Assembly (NCBI GenBank): GCA_964634595.1
Contig: CAZWKU010000003.1
Span: forward strand, 1-51,948
Source: an uncultured Candidatus Saccharibacteria bacterium
Lineage (GTDB): Bacteria > Patescibacteriota > Minisyncoccia > Phycocordibacterales > Phycocordibacteraceae
Length of the DNA stretch: 51,948 bases
Reading direction: 5' to 3'
Numbering within the stretch: the first letter of the stretch is position 1; each line of letters opens with the position of its first letter. A model generated the notes under the pieces. It was not told the DNA's origin. It worked only from the letters and a program-made list of their open reading frames with translations, and did no database searches. The position numbers and the translations under genes were made by a program. Positions 45,356 through 51,948 of this stretch are shown here, piece after piece.

Positions 45356-47305
45356 ATGCAAGGTGACGGGTCGCTTCAAGTGTGGGTGCGCTATATCGCC
45401 CTCGGTGCGCTTTTTTTGATACCTTTCACGCCACTTATCGTGGCGAACAGCTTCTTTTTTCCGTTTATCACCGGCAAGGCATTTTATTTTCGCATTTTGG
45501 TAGAGGTTGCATTTGCGGCGTGGGCCGTACTTGCCGCATCTGACCCACGGTACCGTCCTCGTTTCTCACCCATAACCATTGCGGTGCTAGCGTTCGTGGG
45601 CTGGATGTTTGTGGCCAACCTCTTCGCACCCAACGTCACCAAAGCTTTTTGGAGCAATTTTGAACGTATGGAAGGGTGGGTCCTGCTCGCGCATCTCGGC
45701 ATGTTCTTTTTCGCTGCTGGGGCAGTACTTCGGGTTGAAGGTAGATGGCGAGCTTGGTTTCTCACCTCGCTTGGCGTCTCGATCGTTATTTTAGGGTACG
45801 CCTCTCTACAGGTGCTAGGCGTTGCAGAAACGCATCAGGGTTCGACGCGCGCCACCGCGTCGTTTGGTAATGCCATATATCTTGCGGCATATCTCCTCTT
45901 TAATACGTTTATCGCTCTCTGGCTCGCGGTTACTGAAAAGCAACAGTGGCTCAAGTGGGCACTGGTTATACTCTCTGTTGTTTCTGGCGTTTTCATTTTC
46001 TCTACACAAACGCGCGGTACCGTCGTAGCGCTCGTCGGGGCGCTTGGCGTTGCGGCACTCCTGACCCTCTTTACTAAAGGGAAGCAGGCGCGGATGTTTG
46101 CTGCGGGTGGGTTGGTTGCGCTGATTATCATTGTCGGCGGGTTTATCGCGATGCGTGATTCTGACCTCGTGCGGCAAAACAGCCTCTTGAACCGTATCGC
46201 TCATACCTCATTGGCAGACGGGGCGACGCGCTTCACTCTGTGGAGTATGGCGCTTGAGGGGGTGCGCGAGCGGCCGATTGTCGGCTGGGGACAAGAAGGT
46301 TTCAATTACGTGTTTAATCAGTACTATCGACCGTCACTCTATGCGCAAGAAGCATGGTTTGATCGCGCGCACAATGCCTTCATTGACTGGCTCTCGGCAG
46401 GCGGTGTGCCAGCGTTTATTCTCTACATCGCTCTATTTGTAGTGGGTATCTGGTCACTCTATCGAGCCCCCTTCTCACCAACAGAGCGTACTGTGCTTAT
46501 AAGTGCCCTTATTGGCTACGCGATACATAACGTATTTGTGTTCGACAACCTGTTTTCCTACGTGTACTTCTTCGCCATTTTGGGACTTATCGAGAGCCAT
46601 CTCCCTCGACCTCGAGAGCCCAAGAAAGTTGAAGTGATACCTATCGATTTCGCGCTCCCTATTGGTGTCGTCGCACTGCTCATGGTTATTTGGTTTGTAA
46701 ATATCTCAGGTATTGGAGTGGCTCACGGGCTTATTCGCGCACTCTCACCACAGCCAGGAGGTTTAGTAGAGAATCTGCAGATTTTTACCGAGCTTACAGA
46801 GCCTCCCTCTTTTGCTGCACAAGAGGTACGAGAGCAGCTCGTCAATTTTGCCTTGCAAGTGGTGTCACAAAATGATGTCCCGAATGAGGTTAAGGCGCGG
46901 GTCGCCACGCTCGCCATTTGGGAGATGAAGAAACAGGTTGCCGCATATCCACAGGACGCGCGCGGGCACCTTCAGCTCTCGCTCGCATACCGCTTGACCC
47001 AAGATATTGAGGGGATAATGGGGCAACTTGATGCCGCAATTGAAGACTCGCCTCGCAAACAGCAAATTCTCATACAAAAAGGCATCACGCTCATTCAGCT
47101 ATCGCGATTTGCTGAAGCGAAGGAGGTATTGGTCGCCGCCTATCGCCTCGAGCCTCGAAATTTAGAGTCTTCGAAGTATGCCGTCATTAGCGCCATTGCC
47201 GCTAAAGATGAGGCGATCGCTCGGGAGATTCTTACCGCGCATCCTGAAATAGCGCAAGAGGTTGCAGAGCTGATTAAACGTTTCGGTGGTGAAGCGGCAC
47301 AATGA
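45356..47305 (+). CDS. O-antigen ligase / oligosaccharyltransferase-like membrane protein with C-terminal TPR-like region
   Basis: ASFGNAIYLAAY; TQTRG; R..LW..AL.G..ERP..GWGQEGF; FDRAHN..IDWL..GG; start may be 45344-45356. Confidence 0.85.
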   Translation: MQGDGSLQVWVRYIALGALFLIPFTPLIVANSFFFPFITGKAFYFRILVEVAFAAWAVLAASDPRYRPRFSPITIAVLAFVGWMFVANLFAPNVTKAFWSNFERMEGWVLLAHLGMFFFAAGAVLRVEGRWRAWFLTSLGVSIVILGYASLQVLGVAETHQGSTRATASFGNAIYLAAYLLFNTFIALWLAVTEKQQWLKWALVILSVVSGVFIFSTQTRGTVVALVGALGVAALLTLFTKGKQARMFAAGGLVALIIIVGGFIAMRDSDLVRQNSLLNRIAHTSLADGATRFTLWSMALEGVRERPIVGWGQEGFNYVFNQYYRPSLYAQEAWFDRAHNAFIDWLSAGGVPAFILYIALFVVGIWSLYRAPFSPTERTVLISALIGYAIHNVFVFDNLFSYVYFFAILGLIESHLPRPREPKKVEVIPIDFALPIGVVALLMVIWFVNISGIGVAHGLIRALSPQPGGLVENLQIFTELTEPPSFAAQEVREQLVNFALQVVSQNDVPNEVKARVATLAIWEMKKQVAAYPQDARGHLQLSLAYRLTQDIEGIMGQLDAAIEDSPRKQQILIQKGITLIQLSRFAEAKEVLVAAYRLEPRNLESSKYAVISAIAAKDEAIAREILTAHPEIAQEVAELIKRFGGEAAQ

Positions 47306-48339
47306 TCCTACGTGAGCAGGTATTGCTCGCTGAACACACGACACTTCGCGTCGGGGGCACGGCACGGTGGTTAGCCCTGTGTACCAACGATAGCGATATT
47401 GTCTCGGCACTTGCGTTTGCGCAGGAGCAAGAGCTACCTGTTGCTGTCCTTGGCGGTGGTTCAAACACGCTCGCCCCTGATGCTGGGTTTTCAGGACTTG
47501 TTATAAAAATTGACCTCAAGGGCATCACGTTTGTCGAAGACGCCGTTACGCCGCTTGTAACGGCAGGTGCCGGAGAGTCATGGGATGCGCTGGTGCGCGT
47601 TGCCGGAGAGCGTTCTCTCTGGGGTATCGAGAACCTCGCAGGCATACCTGGCACCGTCGGAGGTGCCGTCGTGCAAAATATTGGTGCGTACGGGGCTGAA
47701 CTCTCTACCTCATGTATGTCTGTGGAGACTCTTTCACTCCAGACACGTGAGCGTAGACACATTGAGCATAGAGAGGAAATGTTCGGGTATCGCACCAGCC
47801 TCTTTAAGGCAAGCCCCGATCTTATCGTGACGCAGGTCACCCTGCGGCTGTCTCGGGCCCCTGCTTCTGTTCTCTCATACCCTGATCTGCAGAGGGCATT
47901 GGCAGAGGGTAAGTCTTTTGAAACGCCCGAGGATGTTGCGCAGGTGGTCCGGAGCATACGTGAAAAGAAGTTCCCCCAAAAAGAGGGTAGTGCGGGTTCG
48001 TTTTTTAAAAACCCCGTGGTCTCACACGCGCAAGCACTCGAACTGGCGAAACAGTATCCAGAGTTGCCACAGTTTAAGACAAAAGATGGGGTAAAGGTAT
48101 CTCTTGCATGGCTCCTCGATCACGCGCTTCACCTGACTGGGCTACGGCATGGTGGCGCGCGTTTGTATGAGCGACAGCCGCTCGTGATCGCAACTGAAGA
48201 AGGTTCAAGTGCCGATGATGTTGCGAGTCTTGCAGACGAAGTAAAAAAAATCGTAGCAGAAAAATGTGGCATACACATCGAACGCGAAGTCGAAACTATT
48301 TCTGCAAAAAATAAAAGTTATCCACATGCGAGCGAGTAA
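47302..48339 (+). CDS. murB: UDP-N-acetylenolpyruvoylglucosamine reductase
   Basis: HTTLRVGG.A; LGGGSN; GIENLAGIPGTVGGAVVQNIGAYG; FGYRTSLFK; SAGSFFKNP; EREV. Confidence 0.95.
   Translation: MILREQVLLAEHTTLRVGGTARWLALCTNDSDIVSALAFAQEQELPVAVLGGGSNTLAPDAGFSGLVIKIDLKGITFVEDAVTPLVTAGAGESWDALVRVAGERSLWGIENLAGIPGTVGGAVVQNIGAYGAELSTSCMSVETLSLQTRERRHIEHREEMFGYRTSLFKASPDLIVTQVTLRLSRAPASVLSYPDLQRALAEGKSFETPEDVAQVVRSIREKKFPQKEGSAGSFFKNPVVSHAQALELAKQYPELPQFKTKDGVKVSLAWLLDHALHLTGLRHGGARLYERQPLVIATEEGSSADDVASLADEVKKIVAEKCGIHIEREVETISAKNKSYPHASE
48318..48326 (+). promoter_or_regulatory. Single perfect DnaA-box sequence inside the murB 3' tail
   Basis: TTATCCACA; function not demonstrated. Confidence 0.35.
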
Positions 48340-48449
48340 AAGAATTTTTTTTGCGCATTGCTTGCAATAATACATGTTAGGAACGTTTGCGCCTCGAAAC
48401 AGTCGAGTGCAAGCGGGTCGACCTACCAACTAACTTCCACCTCTTTACC

Positions 48450-48503
48450 ATGGCAAAGAAAAAGAAGAAGGCAGCGAAGAAGAGCAAGAAGCGTCGCGCA
48501 TAA
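48450..48503 (+). CDS. 17-aa Lys/Arg/Ala-rich small protein (MAKKKKKAAKKSKKRRA)
   Basis: ATG..TAA with AAG-rich codons; 5' hairpin 48384-48415; strong hairpin immediately after the stop. Confidence 0.6.
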   Translation: MAKKKKKAAKKSKKRRA

Positions 48504-48510
48504 CTCCGCT

Positions 48511-48545
48511 CATCAAAACGCCTCCCCTCGGGAGGCGTTTTGATG
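48511..48545 (+). terminator. 16-bp perfect inverted repeat, probable terminator overlapping the secA promoter
   Basis: CATCAAAACGCCTCCC-CTC-GGGAGGCGTTTTGATG. Confidence 0.85.
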
Positions 48546-48559
48546 TATAGTGGGTACCC

Positions 48560-51076
48560 ATGGCCTCCTTTTTGGCCCGCTTATTTTCAAAAAACGCATC
48601 CGCCTCTTTTGTTGCACAGGCTGGCTCTTTTGTTGCACAGGTAGGTGGCTTCGCCGCCGAGCTTGAAAGCCTATCTCAGGTAGCGCTGAAAGAGCGGGCC
48701 GTTACTATTCGTACTCGTTCGGGCGGTGCAGTGCCTGAGGCTGATATACCACTCGTTTTTGCCTTAGTGCGTGAGGCCGCGCGCCGCACTCTTAAAGAGC
48801 GCCACTACGATGTGCAGCTTATAGGCGGCCTCGCGCTTGCACGGGGGCGGGTTGCCGAGATGCGCACAGGAGAGGGCAAGACATTGGTTGCCACGTTGCC
48901 TGCGACTCTGCACGCCCTCTCGGGGAAGGGGGTACATGTGGTGACGGTTAACGATTATCTTGCGCGCCGCGATGGCGCGTGGATGGGGCAGGTGTATGAC
49001 GCCCTTGGCCTTTCGGTCGGGGTTGTTACGTCAACCGGGGCATACCTTTATGACCCCGCTCACGTTGCGCAAGAAGAGGACGCGGCGCGTGACGTGCTCG
49101 GGTCGTTTAAAGTTTTTTATGATTACTTGCGCCCGGTGGGAAAACGCGATGCGTATGCCGCTGATATAACCTATGTCACTAACAATGAGCTCGGTTTTGA
49201 TTATCTGCGAGACAACACTGCCTATGACCCTGCACAACTGGTTCAGCGCGGGCACCATTATGCGATTGTTGACGAGGTTGACTCTATCTTAATTGATGAA
49301 GCACGCACGCCGCTTATCATTTCAGGCCCTGCGGGTGATTCAGAGAAACTGTACGAACGCTTTGCGGGCATTGTGGCATCATTTATCACAACCGAAGATT
49401 ACACCGTTGATGAGAAACAGCGTGCGATACAAATAACCGATGCCGGGATGAAAAAGGCTGAAGTAGCCCTCGGCATGGAAAATCTGTATACCGAGGGTGG
49501 GGCTAAATATGCTCATCATCTTGAGACTGCCGTGAAGGCACAGGCGCTTTTTCATAAGGACAAAGAGTATGTTGTAAAAGACGGAGAGATAGTCATCGTC
49601 GATGAGTTTACTGGCCGTATGCAGCCAGGGCGCCGCTGGTCTGAAGGCCTGCACCAAGCTATTGAGGCAAAAGAGGGCGTAGTGGTAAAACAGGAGACGC
49701 GCACTTACGCCAGCGTGACTTTTCAGAATCTCTTTCGCATGTACGAACGTCTCGCGGGCATGACCGGCACGGGCCTCTCGTCTGAAGAAGAGTTTTTTAG
49801 CGTCTATGGTCTTGAGGTTATTTCGATACCGACACATCGACCTGTTGCCCGTATAGACAACAACGACCTCATCTTTCAGAGCGCGCAAGGCAAGTATCGC
49901 GCGCTTGCGCGTGAGGTGCGGCAACTCCACACCAAGGGTCAGCCAGTGCTTGTCGGCACGGTTTCTATCGAAGACAATGAGATCGTAAGCGAATACCTCA
50001 CCCAAGAGGGGGTGCCTCATGAGGTATTGAACGCAAAAAATCACGAGCGCGAAGGTGAGATCATTGCGCAGGCAGGGCGGCGGGGGCGCGTTACGGTTGC
50101 GACCAATCTCGCGGGTCGCGGAGTGGACATTAAGCTTGGGGGCGCACCGGCTGAGCCGGGTGAGCGCGAAGCAGTAGTTCAGGCAGGCGGTCTTGTAGTT
50201 ATTGGGACCGAGCGGCATGACGCGCGCCGCATTGATGATCAGCTGCGCGGGCGCTCTGGCCGACAGGGTGACCCTGGTCGCACACAATTCTATATATCAC
50301 TTGAAGATAAGCTCATGCGTGTCTTTGCCTCTGAAACTTTGAAAAAAGTCATGGGCACCTTCAAAATACCTGAAGATGAGCCCATCATAAGCTCGATGAT
50401 CACCAAGTCGATAGAGACAGCGCAAAAGCGCATTGAGGGCTTCAACTTCGATTCGCGCAAACAGGTGCTTGCCTACGACGACGTGATAAATACGCAACGT
50501 TTAGCAATTTATGCGCGGCGTCGCTCTGCGCTTTTTGGGTCGCCTGAAGAAGTCGAGGCAGTTATTCTCGATTGTATCGGAGGCGACAAGGGCGCACGTA
50601 CTGCCTATGAGGCCAAGCGAGTCGAAATCGGGGTAGAGCAAACCATCGCCCTATTACGCCGCATTCTCCTCCAGGTTATTGATGCGCTCTGGCTTGAGCA
50701 CCTTGAGACGATGGATTACCTACGGCGTTCGGTGTCGCTTCGCGCGTACGGCCAACGTGACCCGTTGATAGAGTATCGGCGCGAGGGGCTTTCGCGCTAT
50801 CGGGCTCTTGAGGCCGCTATTGTGCACTTAGTGCGTGAAGCACTCCCGCGTCTTGCGCCTGTCGATGATGCGCGCATTCGTGCCGAAGAGGCACGCGTGC
50901 GAGCACAGCTCGTTGCCGCAGGGAAAGAAGAGAGTGCCACCCAAGCCCCTATCACCAAGGGCGCAACCTTCGGGAGGAATGACCTAGTAACGATTAAAAA
51001 GGGCGACCAGTCCCAGACACTCAAATATAAAAGAGCCGAGCCATTGCTTGTGCAGGGCTGGGAGATCGTTTCGTAA
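48560..51076 (+). CDS. secA: Protein translocase subunit SecA
   Basis: EMRTGEGKTL; HVVTVNDYLARRD; FDYLRDN; DEVDSILIDEARTPLIISG; GMTGT; ATNLAGRGVDIKLGG; QLRGRSGRQGDPG. Confidence 0.98.
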   Translation: MASFLARLFSKNASASFVAQAGSFVAQVGGFAAELESLSQVALKERAVTIRTRSGGAVPEADIPLVFALVREAARRTLKERHYDVQLIGGLALARGRVAEMRTGEGKTLVATLPATLHALSGKGVHVVTVNDYLARRDGAWMGQVYDALGLSVGVVTSTGAYLYDPAHVAQEEDAARDVLGSFKVFYDYLRPVGKRDAYAADITYVTNNELGFDYLRDNTAYDPAQLVQRGHHYAIVDEVDSILIDEARTPLIISGPAGDSEKLYERFAGIVASFITTEDYTVDEKQRAIQITDAGMKKAEVALGMENLYTEGGAKYAHHLETAVKAQALFHKDKEYVVKDGEIVIVDEFTGRMQPGRRWSEGLHQAIEAKEGVVVKQETRTYASVTFQNLFRMYERLAGMTGTGLSSEEEFFSVYGLEVISIPTHRPVARIDNNDLIFQSAQGKYRALAREVRQLHTKGQPVLVGTVSIEDNEIVSEYLTQEGVPHEVLNAKNHEREGEIIAQAGRRGRVTVATNLAGRGVDIKLGGAPAEPGEREAVVQAGGLVVIGTERHDARRIDDQLRGRSGRQGDPGRTQFYISLEDKLMRVFASETLKKVMGTFKIPEDEPIISSMITKSIETAQKRIEGFNFDSRKQVLAYDDVINTQRLAIYARRRSALFGSPEEVEAVILDCIGGDKGARTAYEAKRVEIGVEQTIALLRRILLQVIDALWLEHLETMDYLRRSVSLRAYGQRDPLIEYRREGLSRYRALEAAIVHLVREALPRLAPVDDARIRAEEARVRAQLVAAGKEESATQAPITKGATFGRNDLVTIKKGDQSQTLKYKRAEPLLVQGWEIVS
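48604..48641 (+). repeat. In-frame 21-bp-period tandem duplication in the secA 5' end
   Basis: CTCTTTTGTTGCACAGG at 48604-48620 and 48625-48641 (ASFVAQA/GSFVAQV). Confidence 0.85.
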
Positions 51077-51088
51077 GACGCATCTGCC

Positions 51089-51163
51089 AAACAGGACAGT
51101 AAGAAGTAAACAGAAAACAGTAGACAGTATGCAAGAGAGAGAAAACAGCAAACAGAAAACGGT
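51089..51163 (+). repeat. Heptamer array, consensus ARACAGW
   Basis: aagaagt aaacaga aaacagt agacagt [atgcaag agagaga] aaacagc aaacaga aaacggt, in 7-nt phase from 51101. Confidence 0.85.
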
Positions 51164-51509
51164 GGGGAGGAGTGCTTTTTATGATCTGCTCGTTTGGCAA
51201 AAGGCTATGACGTTCACAAAAGAGATATATGTAATCACTAAACACTTGCCGAGCCACGAACAATTTGGTCTTATGAGTCAGTTGCAAAGAGCGGCAGTCT
51301 CTATACCGTCCAACATCGCCGAGGGGTCTAAACGTGGAAAAAAAGAATTTGTTCAGTTTCTTCGTATCGCGAATGCATCTGCTGCAGAGTGCGAAACACA
51401 ACTATTATTAGTTCGCGACATTTATGCAGTCGACATTTCGAAGACTCTCAATATTCTTTTAGAAGTTGAGCGAATGCTCGAATCGTTCATACGAAAAATC
51501 AGGCTGTAG
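51129..51509 (+). CDS. Four-helix-bundle protein (23S rRNA intervening-sequence protein family)
   Basis: DLLVWQKAM; EQFGLMSQLQRAAVSIPSNIAEG; EFVQFLRIANASAAECETQL. Confidence 0.92.
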   Translation: MQERENSKQKTVGRSAFYDLLVWQKAMTFTKEIYVITKHLPSHEQFGLMSQLQRAAVSIPSNIAEGSKRGKKEFVQFLRIANASAAECETQLLLVRDIYAVDISKTLNILLEVERMLESFIRKIRL

Positions 51510-51544
51510 ACTGTTTACTGTTTACTGTGTACTGTTAGCTGTTA
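51503..51544 (+). repeat. Heptamer array, reverse complement of the upstream array
   Basis: gctgtag actgttt actgttt actgtgt actgtta gctgtta. Confidence 0.9.
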
Positions 51545-51545
51545 T

Positions 51546-51948
51546 ATGGCATTTGTGGATGAGGTAAAGATACACGCGAAGGCGGGCAAAGGCGGCGATG
51601 GTGTCGTCCGCTGGCTCCGTACCAAAGAGACTGCGCGCGGTGGCCCCTCTGGGGGTGATGGTGGCCGTGGGGGCGACGTGCTCTTGCTTGGCGTGCGTGA
51701 CTACGCGGCGCTCGCGAATTATCGCTACGAGAAAAAATTTAAATCAAAAGATGGTGAGGCCGGGCGTAACTTTCTTGAACACGGTGCAAACGGCGACCCA
51801 GTCATTCTCAAAGTTCCCGTGGGTACGACTGTGCGCATTGTAGAGACTGGGGCAGAGATAGAGATTTCTAAAGAGGATGAGCCAGTACTACTTTTTAGGG
51901 GGGGTAATGGGGGCAAGGGCAATGCTCGGTTTAAGGGGGCTACCAATC
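51546..51948 (+). CDS. obgE: GTPase ObgE/CgtA, 5' part (runs off the window)
   Basis: MAFVDEVKIHAKAGKGGDG...GGPSGGDGGRGGDV...LKVPVGT...GGNGGKGNARFKGATN. Confidence 0.95.
   Translation, partial: MAFVDEVKIHAKAGKGGDGVVRWLRTKETARGGPSGGDGGRGGDVLLLGVRDYAALANYRYEKKFKSKDGEAGRNFLEHGANGDPVILKVPVGTTVRIVETGAEIEISKEDEPVLLFRGGNGGKGNARFKGATN

Noticed and set aside
48318-48326. Replication origin
   Set aside because: Only one perfect DnaA box, no cluster or unwinding element, and no dnaA/dnaN context
51129-51509. Four-helix-bundle gene as the Avd of the putative DGR
   Set aside because: Its motifs are those of the IVS-protein family, it lies 48 kb from the target, and no TR or RT follows it
51089-51544. 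CRISPR array or simple microsatellite
   Set aside because: Units are 7 nt, degenerate and have no spacers; no cas genes. The inverted arrangement around a gene argues against a plain microsatellite.
1-51948. A complete DGR (RT, template repeat, Avd) in the window
   Set aside because: No ORF with RT motifs and no A-rich copy of 3312-3452 was found by eye on either strand
1-51948. Alternative genetic code (TGA = Gly/Trp), tRNA or rRNA genes
   Set aside because: TGA terminates many genes cleanly in ATGA overlaps; no tRNA- or rRNA-like sequence recognised in the short intergenic regions

Overview
Bacterial DNA read in the standard code (TGA is a stop). Gene content and style point to a Patescibacteria/CPR (Parcubacteria-like) genome; this placement is an inference. 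About 46 kb (1439-47305) is a mostly co-directional surface-glycan locus. It holds many GT4s, a GT47/exostosin-like protein, two GT2s, GtrA, two GT-C-like membrane proteins, gmd, four SAM methyltransferases, an ABC flippase and an O-antigen-ligase/OTase-like protein. It also holds a pseudaminic-acid-type pathway (pseB, pseC, SpsF/PseF-AKR fusion, pseI/neuB) with no recognisable pseG or pseH, but with an ATP-grasp ligase, class III aminotransferase, APH-like kinase, HAD, double IolB-like protein and SDR. The locus is flanked by a frameshifted comEA-like gene on the left and murB-secA-four-helix-bundle-obgE on the right. Best leads: (1) an orphan gene (2772-3452) whose 3' end looks like a diversity-generating-retroelement variable region, with a downstream hairpin but no RT or template repeat in the window, behind a consensus promoter and a switch-like structured leader; (2) a four-helix-bundle gene between secA and obgE bracketed by mutually complementary heptamer arrays; (3) a leader with repeated GGGAU hairpin loops; (4) a stand-alone 17-codon Lys-rich ORF; (5) many operon-internal genes with a -10 box 6-10 nt before the start codon, suggesting leaderless mRNAs. 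No tRNA, rRNA, CRISPR array, integrase or transposase was recognised. All calls are by eye; no database search was run.
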